From IMG/VR virus record IMGVR_UViG_3300035188_001379, positions 1-64,000 of that record: a stretch of 64,000 bases of DNA; one strand, given 5' to 3'. Of the stretch, positions 55,899 through 64,000 are shown piece by piece (positions within the stretch are counted from its first letter, which is position 1; every line of letters begins with the position of its first letter). The notes under the pieces are model-generated. The model was not told the origin of the DNA and did not search any database. It saw only the letters and a list, made by a program, of their open reading frames with translations. The DNA is from a virus. A program made the position numbers and the translations under genes.

Positions 55899-57028
55899 AC
55901 AACCCCGCATTGATAGGTAACAATTTCTATTCAAGTCCGGCGTCTGTATCGAACACACATATAGAGTACATTTACAACAAGCTTTTTCATTGCGTACCTA
56001 CTAGATTAGACTTTGCTGACGAGTTTGCTACAAGCTGTCTGGACGTTATTCCGCAGTATTTTGATACGTTCACTTCTTTAATTAACAAGGTAGATACACA
56101 TTTCCTCGAAGAGACTGTATGGATAGGTAAGCCTGGTACAGAGTATGAGCAAGCGATCATCGGTGTAGCCTTCAAGTCTCATGAGAGCAGTATGCCTTTT
56201 AATGTTATAGGCTATCCTCCAAGGACTATAGATAAAGAATTCTTATCTAAGATGTATGTGGGGCTCAAGGCTGTTGTGCGAGATCGCGAGCAAGCCGCAC
56301 TCATATCAAAATTACTAGACGCGCATGTGCTAGAGAAGTGCAGTAAAATGTACGTGTTGTCTAATACTTATGGAGAGCTCAGCCTTTCTGCGCTGCCTAT
56401 AGATAAAATCACTCCAAATATCGCATTAAATTATGGCGACGATTTTGTCAGCGTAAATAACAATATTCTTGAAAGCTTGAGCAATGAGAAGTCAGGGCTG
56501 TACCTGTTCCATGGCGAACCCGGTACAGGTAAGAGCACCTATATTAAATACCTTTGCTCAGGCATATTGTCTCGTAAAATCGCATACATTCCTGTGGGGT
56601 TAATCTCGGCGCTCACATCCCCAGACATGCTTCCTCTTTTGATGGAGCATAAGGATTTGATTATTGTGATAGAAGACGCTGAGCAAGCCTTGATAGCTAG
56701 AGACACAGCCTCAGCAAATTCCCATGTTGTGAGCACTATTCTAAACCTCACAGATGGTTTCCTCGGTGACGCTATGAACACCACCATAGTAGCCACATTC
56801 AATACAGGAAAAGAAAATATTGATGAGGCTCTTTTACGCAAAGGCCGCCTGCGCGTATGCCATGAGTTCAAGAAGCTTTCTATAGATCAAGCCAAGAAGC
56901 TCGCCTCATCTATAGGTCAGGACGAGAATAACGTTACTGAAGGCATGTCTTTGGCTGATATCTACTATATGTCCGCCAATTCCCCTGAATACGCTAAAGA
57001 GGAAGAGCGGCGGGTAGGGTTTCACTAG
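55886..57028 (+). CDS. AAA+ ATPase (single C-terminal AAA domain, BCS1-like)
   Basis: Walker A GEPGTGKS, Walker B IIVIEDAE, ILNLTDG, SRH IDEALLRKGRL. Confidence 0.85.
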   Translation: MHPLNNPALIGNNFYSSPASVSNTHIEYIYNKLFHCVPTRLDFADEFATSCLDVIPQYFDTFTSLINKVDTHFLEETVWIGKPGTEYEQAIIGVAFKSHESSMPFNVIGYPPRTIDKEFLSKMYVGLKAVVRDREQAALISKLLDAHVLEKCSKMYVLSNTYGELSLSALPIDKITPNIALNYGDDFVSVNNNILESLSNEKSGLYLFHGEPGTGKSTYIKYLCSGILSRKIAYIPVGLISALTSPDMLPLLMEHKDLIIVIEDAEQALIARDTASANSHVVSTILNLTDGFLGDAMNTTIVATFNTGKENIDEALLRKGRLRVCHEFKKLSIDQAKKLASSIGQDENNVTEGMSLADIYYMSANSPEYAKEEERRVGFH

Positions 57029-58740
57029 ACCTCAGGAGCTGCTGAGGAGCTAGGACCCAGCAGCCCAGAATCCCCTACAGCCATATAGGCGGCGCAAACA
57101 CAGAATACCAAACTGTGCATTGCGTCGTCTGGCTGTTTAGGGTGATGGTCGTATATAAGCTCTTGCCCATACAAACCGTCTCTTACCTCTACGAATATAT
57201 TCAACAGGTCTTGCATATACTCGGAGACATCACCCCACTGCGGAAAGAGTATTTTTCCTGCTTTGAGCTGTCTGATGACTAGCGAGATAACGTCAGAGCG
57301 ATGCAAGACCCAGCGATTCTGCCTCCAGTCATAAACCCCAGCCTCAAAATGCTGAATCATTTTGGTTCTTCTGTAGGCAGCAAGTTGAGACCTGCTAGGG
57401 CTTGTTAATTCGCATAGTTTGATACCGCGAATAGGATCAGGCCCGCTATCAGATACGCAGAAAGCGTTAACCGCGTTAGCTTTTTCTGCGATGTCTCTGA
57501 TATGCGCCTCATGGTCAAACCCTCGGTACACTTTAGCCATGATGATTTCAAATACCCCGTCAGCTCGCATACCTCCCAAGGTAGCCACTGTACGAGACTG
57601 CGCCATACTTACTCCCCAATCGACTCCCATGGTATACAGTCTGTATTCGCTTTTTCTTTTGTTTAATATCGTTAAATTATTGCTATTACCGCCCTCAAAT
57701 TGCGGACCAAGTGTGCATAGCTTCACCAGCTCTTCTTGTGATATAGGTTTTGACCCTATGTCATAGGTTAATCCGAACGTTTCATTCATCACCACACGGA
57801 TCTCATTCTTACCGCTATGCACTTTCTCATATATTTCCTTCCACTCTTTAGGGTCCTCGTTGAAGTGAGGCAAAAGAGGCTGAGCTAGATGATAGCCTGT
57901 GATTAAATAGTCGCTAGGATTGCAGCTCACCCATTCTCCTTTTCTGGAGTCTAGGCGGGCTAGGCACTTAGAGCAGCTTAGTCCGTGGGGCTGCACCATT
58001 CTTAGCGGCTCGTTACCTTCTGTTAAACTATTCCAGTGTGTACACTTTTCACACTTCATCAGCCACTCGAGCTGATTCGAGCTGCGCCACATTCTATGAA
58101 TAGTATTTGTAGAATCTAGTGGCGTACCTGCAAATATTTCCCGCTTGTAAGGACTCATGGCCATAGTTTCCTGGATAATCGGTATTTGATCGTACTGAAT
58201 ATCCTGGATTTCGTCATAAACGACGCAATCTATAGCCGGTCCGCGAGTACGGGTAGCATCATCACTAACATATCTAAATAACACACTACTATGCGTATCA
58301 TCCAATATTTTTTCAAAGACATCATTTTTAAACCATCCTTTCAACAGCAAATTTTTAATTTTTGGGCTCTCAAACCTAGGGGGTATATAGTTACTTGAAA
58401 AATACTTCGTAGTTAGCTCCTGAGGCCCGACATACATCATTTTGAAATAATTCCACCGAATAAGATTTAAACATACAAAGTTGCTGAGCAGCGTAGACTT
58501 GAGTGTTTTACGGCTGCATTTAAGCAACAATTTCTGAGGCATGTTGTCATAGATATGCTTCAGCATCGGGAAAGCTTCCAGACTTTGCAGTCTACCCTCG
58601 TTATCGTAGAGAAAGTTCTCGACGAAATGCGACGGAGGCAGCACCGAAAACATCAGTTGTCGAGCGAGGAACGTGCTTTTGGGACTATTCTTCTTAAGCA
58701 GTTTCTCTATAGTAGACTTAATTTCATCATGGGCCGTCAT
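57025..58740 (-). CDS. terminase large subunit (lambda gpA-like)
   Basis: KCSRKTLKST deviant Walker A, VVYDEIQD Walker B, FAGTP, CEKC...CSKC Zn finger, MGVDWG and DDAMHS nuclease motifs. Confidence 0.85.
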   Translation of the reverse strand: MTAHDEIKSTIEKLLKKNSPKSTFLARQLMFSVLPPSHFVENFLYDNEGRLQSLEAFPMLKHIYDNMPQKLLLKCSRKTLKSTLLSNFVCLNLIRWNYFKMMYVGPQELTTKYFSSNYIPPRFESPKIKNLLLKGWFKNDVFEKILDDTHSSVLFRYVSDDATRTRGPAIDCVVYDEIQDIQYDQIPIIQETMAMSPYKREIFAGTPLDSTNTIHRMWRSSNQLEWLMKCEKCTHWNSLTEGNEPLRMVQPHGLSCSKCLARLDSRKGEWVSCNPSDYLITGYHLAQPLLPHFNEDPKEWKEIYEKVHSGKNEIRVVMNETFGLTYDIGSKPISQEELVKLCTLGPQFEGGNSNNLTILNKRKSEYRLYTMGVDWGVSMAQSRTVATLGGMRADGVFEIIMAKVYRGFDHEAHIRDIAEKANAVNAFCVSDSGPDPIRGIKLCELTSPSRSQLAAYRRTKMIQHFEAGVYDWRQNRWVLHRSDVISLVIRQLKAGKILFPQWGDVSEYMQDLLNIFVEVRDGLYGQELIYDHHPKQPDDAMHSLVFCVCAAYMAVGDSGLLGPSSSAAPEV

Positions 58741-58882
58741 AGCAAAAAAACTAACAGAAAACCAAGCAAGGGCAGATCAAATGGAACAGTAGAATTATTT
58801 CAATTTTTTGATAATTCTTTTCAGTTGCTCACCAGTATCTTAGATATAGCTAGCACTGACAAGAGAAAAAAATATTACAGGG

Positions 58883-58911
58883 TCTACAAACGATAGCAGC
58901 TATGTTATACT
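58883..58911 (+). promoter_or_regulatory. extended -10 sigma70-like promoter of the right-hand operon
   Basis: TCTACA-17 nt-TATACT with TGn immediately upstream of the -10 element. Confidence 0.5.
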
Positions 58912-58921
58912 CATAGTTGTT

Positions 58922-59101
58922 ATGAGTAAAACGATCCGTAAATACCAGGTTAGAGACAGAAGCAATCAGTATAAGCGCATCGAGAACATGAAGCTTATCG
59001 ATAAGTATTATACTGACGTAGCAAAATCGCATGAGCGAAACATCCAAAAATCCGGATTGCCTCCTGACCAAGGAGGAGAACAGCAACGTTACCCTAGTTA
59101 A
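58922..59101 (+). CDS. possible 59-aa basic protein (absent from the ORF track)
   Basis: MSKTIRKYQVRDRSNQYKRIENMKLIDKYY...; first ATG after the promoter; overlaps the AT-hook ORF by 71 nt. Confidence 0.35.
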   Translation: MSKTIRKYQVRDRSNQYKRIENMKLIDKYYTDVAKSHERNIQKSGLPPDQGGEQQRYPS

Positions 59102-59642
59102 AAAAAGAGGCAGACCAAAAGGCTCAAAGAATAAAATTAAATCTTTTGAGTCTATCAATACCAGCTCTGAGAGTGTTGTAGTGATAAAGCGCGGCAGAGG
59201 CCGACCTCCAGGAGCTAAAAATAAACCCAAGAGCAGCTGCGTTCTCGCAGTTGTCTGCTCTGATACAGATTCTTTGCCCAAGCGCAGAGGAAGACCCAAA
59301 GGATCTAAGAATAAAAATACTCCTTTACGTGAGGAGACAGAGGCTGCCGCTAAGCCGTTAAAAAAACGAGGCAGGCCTAGAAAAGAGCCTGCACCTACTG
59401 ATCAAACTGTTCAGCAGTCTCCTTCTCAGTCCATAGAGTCTGAGATTCATCCATTGCTACAGGCAGCTAAATGGATTGAGAGAAAAATGGAACACCCTGC
59501 ACAAGTAAACTACTATCGGCGCAGGATGGCTAGCATGGGTGCATCCATGCAGGCAGTAATAGCTATAGATATACTAGGCTTATTTAACATAAGCGACAGT
59601 GAGTTACGCAAACAAATCAAATCAACCACAACAGAACAGTAA
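59031..59642 (+). CDS. AT-hook (HMGA-like) DNA-binding protein
   Basis: Four RGRP motifs: KKRGRPKGSKNK, RGRGRPPGAKNK, KRRGRPKGSKNK, KKRGRPRKE. Confidence 0.8.
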   Translation: MSETSKNPDCLLTKEENSNVTLVKKRGRPKGSKNKIKSFESINTSSESVVVIKRGRGRPPGAKNKPKSSCVLAVVCSDTDSLPKRRGRPKGSKNKNTPLREETEAAAKPLKKRGRPRKEPAPTDQTVQQSPSQSIESEIHPLLQAAKWIERKMEHPAQVNYYRRRMASMGASMQAVIAIDILGLFNISDSELRKQIKSTTTEQ

Positions 59643-59644
59643 AT

Positions 59645-61234
59645 ATGGACTTCCTACAAAAAATCGACCTTTATCGTAAAGCCTGCTACGCTGGGCTTGC
59701 AGTATTAACTCATGAAGAGGCCAGGCTTGTTCCGCATCTGAAGATGCTGAAAAATAGTGAGCCTACACTCTCTTTATATGAATGGGACAACCAATCAGGA
59801 CTCACAGGAGGAGTTGTCGATCAAGAAAGATACGCCGTACCGTCCACAGCGTTTCCTAAAGAGGTGTTGCAATATATCCAAAAGCACACGGTAAACAATA
59901 CGATCTTTGTGCTCAAGGATTTTCATCTCGAGTTCGACAGAAGTAACATTCTCCGACTCTTGCGTAATTCTTGGGATTTATTAAAATCTCGGCGCAACAT
60001 GATTATATTTGTGAGTCACAAGTATGCTCTACCTCCTGAGATCGAGAAGGAGGTACAGATTGTTGATTATGATCTGCCAGACGCTGAGGCAATCGAGCAC
60101 CAGTTAAGCTACATTCATGAGTGCACAAATAAAGCCAGAGAAGCAAAGTCACGCCCAGCGTTAAGTATACCTGACGAGATTAAAGACGCAGCTATCGACG
60201 CAGCTAAGGGTATGACCTTTGCAGAGATCGAGAGCGCCTTTTCCTTGGCGATAATTAAAGCCTCTAAATTTGACCAGGTTTTTGTAGAGGCTGTGTTTCA
60301 CGAGAAAATTGCTCACTTGAAAAAGAACGGCTTGCTCACTTATATGGAGCCTAACGTAAGCTTCGATAATGTGGGCGGTCTAGTAGGGCTCAAGACATGG
60401 ATCTCTGCTCGTAAAAAAGCCTATAGTAAAGAGGCCAGAGAATATAATCTACCTATGCCTAAGGGTATGCTGCTAGCCAGCGTCCCAGGCACAGGCAAAA
60501 GTCTTATATGTAAGGCTATTGCAAAAGAGTTCGACTGCCCATTGTTTGCATTAGACATCGGCAGCATTTTTGACTCGCTTGTAGGTAACAGCGAGAAAAA
60601 CATGCGTGAGCTAATCAAAACAGTGAACGGGGTAGGTAGATGCGTGATCTTGATCGACGAGATTGAGAAGAGTCTCAGCAACACCGCAGTTAGCGGCAGC
60701 GGAGACAGTGGTGTAAGCAGCCGTATATTTGGCACGTTTCTTACATGGCTAAACGATAGAACAAATCCTGCGTTTATTGTAGCTACAACAAACGACCATA
60801 CAAAGCTACCTGCAGCTTTGATTCGCAAGGGTCGTTTTGACCAGCTGTTCTGGCTGGACCTGCCTACTCTCGAGGAGCGTAAAGAAATCTTCTCAGTAGT
60901 GATCAAGAAGTATGGCAGGAATGTTAAAGACTTCAGTGTTTCCTCTCATGCGGCCAGCGCAGTTAATTTCACTGGCGCAGAGATTGAAGAGGTGTTTAAG
61001 GACGCTATGTACAAAGCGTTTAATGATAATAAAGATGTGAGCGATAATTATCTTATCGAGGCTCTTGCAGAGTTCATTCCTTTTGCTGTAAGTCACGAGG
61101 AAGATCTGAAGACCATGCGTAGACAAGCTCAAGGAAAACTTGTGATGATTACTGCGAAAGGAGATCCTATCGCAGACGTTCAGAAAAATATGCGCAAACT
61201 TAGTATTGCGATCGGCAGTGACGACGAAGAGTAA
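59645..61234 (+). CDS. Ycf46-like AAA+ ATPase
   Basis: Degenerate N-domain (THEEAR, IFVLKDFH), FDNVGGLVGLKTWI, PKGMLLASVPGTGKS, ILIDEIEK, TNDHTKLPAALIRKGRFD. Confidence 0.85.
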   Translation: MDFLQKIDLYRKACYAGLAVLTHEEARLVPHLKMLKNSEPTLSLYEWDNQSGLTGGVVDQERYAVPSTAFPKEVLQYIQKHTVNNTIFVLKDFHLEFDRSNILRLLRNSWDLLKSRRNMIIFVSHKYALPPEIEKEVQIVDYDLPDAEAIEHQLSYIHECTNKAREAKSRPALSIPDEIKDAAIDAAKGMTFAEIESAFSLAIIKASKFDQVFVEAVFHEKIAHLKKNGLLTYMEPNVSFDNVGGLVGLKTWISARKKAYSKEAREYNLPMPKGMLLASVPGTGKSLICKAIAKEFDCPLFALDIGSIFDSLVGNSEKNMRELIKTVNGVGRCVILIDEIEKSLSNTAVSGSGDSGVSSRIFGTFLTWLNDRTNPAFIVATTNDHTKLPAALIRKGRFDQLFWLDLPTLEERKEIFSVVIKKYGRNVKDFSVSSHAASAVNFTGAEIEEVFKDAMYKAFNDNKDVSDNYLIEALAEFIPFAVSHEEDLKTMRRQAQGKLVMITAKGDPIADVQKNMRKLSIAIGSDDEE

Positions 61235-61261
61235 ACCAACAACCAACCAAAATAAATTAAT

Positions 61262-62266
61262 ATGTCTGACAATAACTACAAAATCACTGACACCCTTCAA
61301 AAGTACTATGACAAGGTTTTTGAAGACGGGAAACTCATGAGTGTTCACATCGGTATGTGGGGTATGGCTGCTAACCTCGTCGAGGAGGATATCAAGCTTA
61401 CCTCTAAACTTCCAGATACTCACAAGCTTGGTAAGAAAATGCTCATCAAGCCTGAGGTGTACAACAGGTTCAAAACAATGGATCAGAAAATCAGGAAGAC
61501 TCTGGAAAAGTCTTCATTCGACTTCCCATTGGCCAAGGCCAACTTCGTACCCAAGTCTAAATATCTTGAGGTGTACACCAAGCTCAACGGTCTGCGTGAT
61601 GAGTATATGCAGATGGTTGAAGAATTCGTAGAAAAATACGAAGACTACAAGAAGGAGGCCATGGACTATTACGAGGAGCACAAAGACACAATCAAGGTAG
61701 AGGATTTAGAAGCCTATTACCCTGCCGCAAACAAAATTCGTAGTAAGTTTTATTGCGACATTGTGTCTTTTGAGGTAAAGATGCCGAAAGAATTCAGTGA
61801 GATCAACCTGCAGGATGAAATTACGCGTGAGCAGATCAACACAGCTGCTCGCGAGAGTGCAGCAGTCAGATACAAAGAAGAGTTCTCGAAGCAGGTTGAT
61901 ATCCATACAGAAAAGCTCAGAAGCTTCATGGAGGAAGCCACCTCTGAACTTCGTACTCGTGTGGCAGAGCACTTCACGGTAGCCCTCGCAAAGATCAACA
62001 AGAGCGAGGTAGTTACTGACAACAGTATTCGTAGAATGTACGAGCAGATTAACGAGTTTCGTGCAGCTAATTTTGCTAACGATACCGCAGTAGAAACTCA
62101 GTTGAACGAGCTTGAGAAGCTGCTAGGAGGAACTAAAGATTTCTCTAAAGATAAAGAGGCTATGAGTGTACTAAAACAGCATCTTGCTAACGTTGTGGAA
62201 GAAGCTAGGAACACTTCAGATGTGTCAGGCGTCAGCGGCCGGTATTTCCGTAATCTTGACGTATAA
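61262..62266 (+). CDS. DUF3150-like coiled-coil protein
   Basis: FVPKSKY..VY.KL..LRDEY..MVEEFVEKY...YP....IRSKF pattern next to the Ycf46-like ATPase. Confidence 0.55.
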   Translation: MSDNNYKITDTLQKYYDKVFEDGKLMSVHIGMWGMAANLVEEDIKLTSKLPDTHKLGKKMLIKPEVYNRFKTMDQKIRKTLEKSSFDFPLAKANFVPKSKYLEVYTKLNGLRDEYMQMVEEFVEKYEDYKKEAMDYYEEHKDTIKVEDLEAYYPAANKIRSKFYCDIVSFEVKMPKEFSEINLQDEITREQINTAARESAAVRYKEEFSKQVDIHTEKLRSFMEEATSELRTRVAEHFTVALAKINKSEVVTDNSIRRMYEQINEFRAANFANDTAVETQLNELEKLLGGTKDFSKDKEAMSVLKQHLANVVEEARNTSDVSGVSGRYFRNLDV

Positions 62267-62562
62267 TGTCTGAAGACTCTAGAGATCTACTGGACCCGCC
62301 AAGGCACGACATGCTAATCGTAAGATTTCATGGCGATGACTTTGATGTGGTATTACCCTACTGCGAGGTTGCTAACGGAGACTTCAACTCTGTAACCGAA
62401 GACAGTATTCACATCACTGTAAATAAAGATAGTAAGACAGAAGCTGTAGCCATGACTTACGCCTCATTTGCAGATGTGGTGGAAAAGACGTTCGATATAA
62501 AAGAAGTCGTAGCTCTAGCAATTCAGCCTAAGGCAAGTTATAACACATTCAAAATACTATGA
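62266..62562 (+). CDS. hypothetical protein
   Basis: 98-aa coupled ORF. Confidence 0.5.
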   Translation: MSEDSRDLLDPPRHDMLIVRFHGDDFDVVLPYCEVANGDFNSVTEDSIHITVNKDSKTEAVAMTYASFADVVEKTFDIKEVVALAIQPKASYNTFKIL

Positions 62563-62951
62563 GTCACAGCGTAAACATCAAAACACAGTTCAAAAACATC
62601 CAAAACCTGCTAGGGCAGTTCACTCAAGCAGGCTGGGCTATCGAGCAAAACACAAAATGCCGCACATATCCTTCCGATCCTAGGCGTGACGAAGTGCATA
62701 CGTATGTGGCTAAGAACCCTAAAAATACTGGGTATGACATAGGGATCGATATTGACTCAGAAGGTAACGCATACTTTGTGTGCGATTTCTTCGACAGCAG
62801 TATTGAAAAACAGCTCGGCCAAAACTTGCAAAATATCAAGCAAGGGTATACATTGACCGAGATTCAGAGGCAGCTAGATGCAGAGAACTTTGCGTACTCT
62901 GTAGAAGAGCTTGCAACTGGAGAGAAAGTCCTAACCGCATACAGAAACTAA
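62559..62951 (+). CDS. DUF1257 / Ycf35-like protein
   Basis: MSHSVNIKTQFKN...GYDIGI...YFVCDFF...IKQGY...GF(AY)SVEE pattern. Confidence 0.7.
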   Translation: MSHSVNIKTQFKNIQNLLGQFTQAGWAIEQNTKCRTYPSDPRRDEVHTYVAKNPKNTGYDIGIDIDSEGNAYFVCDFFDSSIEKQLGQNLQNIKQGYTLTEIQRQLDAENFAYSVEELATGEKVLTAYRN

Positions 62952-62955
62952 CATC

Positions 62956-63243
62956 ATGGAAATTGAAGACAACGGGTTCGAAATCATTAAGTCCAAAGTA
63001 GTCAAAAGCTTAAAAGACTTTTTGATCAAAGATACACTAGCTAAGACAGGTGAAACTCCTGTCGTTTGTGAGATGCACGTGCCTTATCACCAGGTCTCAG
63101 CTGATAAAGATGAGACTGGTACTGCACAGGCGGTAATTACCTATGTGGTAAACTACATCAAAGAAAGAAAGCACACAGTGCGTGTAAAGTTCCAGTATGA
63201 CGCCAAAGGCAAAGTAGATAGAAGCTCGCTTGTATATGTCTAA
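62956..63243 (+). CDS. hypothetical protein
   Basis: 95-aa ORF. Confidence 0.5.
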   Translation: MEIEDNGFEIIKSKVVKSLKDFLIKDTLAKTGETPVVCEMHVPYHQVSADKDETGTAQAVITYVVNYIKERKHTVRVKFQYDAKGKVDRSSLVYV

Positions 63244-63436
63244 AAAAATAGTATTTAAGGTAGGTAAAGACGGTAACGCACAGATTGAATCTGTGGAAGG
63301 CTTCGGCTTTACTTGTTTAGACGCTACTAAATTCCTCGAGCATGCCCTAGGAGCAGCCGATGAGAGCAGCAGACGGTTGACAGACGAATACAATCAGCCT
63401 CTGGACGTTTCTGAGGAGCAGCACCTGCGGCACTAG
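63230..63436 (+). CDS. DUF2997-like protein
   Basis: KKIVFKVGKDGNAQIESVEGFGFTCLDATKFLEHALG...LTDEY. Confidence 0.75.
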   Translation: MYMSKKIVFKVGKDGNAQIESVEGFGFTCLDATKFLEHALGAADESSRRLTDEYNQPLDVSEEQHLRH

Positions 63437-63438
63437 CC

Positions 63439-63690
63439 ATGCTCACGACGATATACATCGACAAGCATGGTGATATAGTAGGTCTTGCTGACGACGTTAT
63501 TGATAAACTTAGGCTAGGTACCAAAGATGTTAAGCGTGTTTCTAACGTGGAGTTTGATCACGCTCAACAGTTATGGGTAGCCACAGACCTTGAAGGCAGG
63601 GTCATAGCGTCAGATCCTATTCGTAGCCGTGTAATAGACCTAGAAAGAGAATATTTCAACAGCTCTATCGAGCTCTCTTTCTCTAAGTAA
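63439..63690 (+). CDS. small protein of a type I associate with DUF1257/DUF2997 clusters
   Basis: IYIDKHG...KRVSNVEFD....LWVA...RSRVIDLE. Confidence 0.5.
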   Translation: MLTTIYIDKHGDIVGLADDVIDKLRLGTKDVKRVSNVEFDHAQQLWVATDLEGRVIASDPIRSRVIDLEREYFNSSIELSFSK

Positions 63691-63703
63691 TTCCCCCACA
63701 AAC

Positions 63704-63738
63704 AGCCTGGCTGGGTCCAATTCCCGGTCAGGCTTTTT
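63704..63738 (+). terminator. Rho-independent terminator
   Basis: AGCCTGGCTGGG / CCCGGTCAGGCT 12-bp stem (two G-U pairs) followed by TTTTATTTT. Confidence 0.8.
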
Positions 63739-63743
63739 ATTTT

Positions 63744-64000
63744 ATGGAAAAAATACGTTTAGAGATACTTTTATTTGACCTTTTAAACCTAGGGCGTGTG
63801 AACATTGTTGAGCTGGTAAAAGACGGCGACATGTACTCGCTGTATGAAAATTATGGAGACAGAGAGTCTTCAGATTTGATTAATCACTGGGTAGAGTCTC
63901 ACAACAACCTAGAGGTTGCGCTAGCCAGATTCGAGGGGCTGGTAGCAGCACTACAAATGATAGGCTATAGGTTACCCAGCAATGGAGAAGAGTTGCAACT
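63744..64000 (+). CDS. hypothetical protein, 3'-truncated (WGR-like arrangement, uncertain)
   Basis: ATG at 63744, open to the window end: MEKIRLEILLFDLLNLGRVNIVELVKDGDMYSLYENYG... Confidence 0.5.
   Translation, partial: MEKIRLEILLFDLLNLGRVNIVELVKDGDMYSLYENYGDRESSDLINHWVESHNNLEVALARFEGLVAALQMIGYRLPSNGEELQ

Noticed and set aside
58555-59299. ORFs 58555..58896 (+) and 58850..59299 (-)
   Set aside because: They overlap the terminase and AT-hook genes on the opposite strand and have no recognisable features.
1-64000. Stop-codon reassignment (alternative genetic code)
   Set aside because: Code 11 gives long, tightly packed ORFs, and TAA, TAG and TGA all end genes at sensible boundaries.
1-64000. 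tRNA genes, introns or inteins
   Set aside because: The only T-arm/CCA signature I found belongs to the tmRNA. The terminase, MCP and RNAP genes show no intein motifs or homing-endonuclease insertions.

Overview
The whole window is part of a large tailed dsDNA bacteriophage genome with a contractile tail (myovirus type, Caudoviricetes). I saw no host genes, integrase or CRISPR array. From left to right it contains: (1) a phage multisubunit RNA polymerase, apparently a beta/beta'-N fusion running off the left edge plus a separate beta'-C gene; (2) a long head module with candidate internal or ejection proteins, prohead protease, scaffolds, decoration protein and major capsid protein; (3) neck, tail sheath, tube, tail chaperone with a -1 frameshift site, tape measure and baseplate, with a sigma-70-family factor inside the baseplate block; (4) a five-gene paralogous tail-appendage array; (5) a complete tmRNA with a 30-aa tag and a structured 3' trailer; (6) an inverted terminase large subunit; (7) a putative early operon with an AT-hook protein and a Ycf46-like AAA / DUF3150 / DUF1257 / DUF2997-like module. 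The most striking pattern is a K-x-A motif that is dense in head-module proteins and sparse in the tail sheath. It brackets a repeated module of about 25-30 aa ([YF]-x-x-G-[FV]-x-x-x-A-x-x-x-G). Together these suggest a capsid-targeting and protease-processing code for virion cargo. All product calls come from motif recognition by eye; no database search was run.
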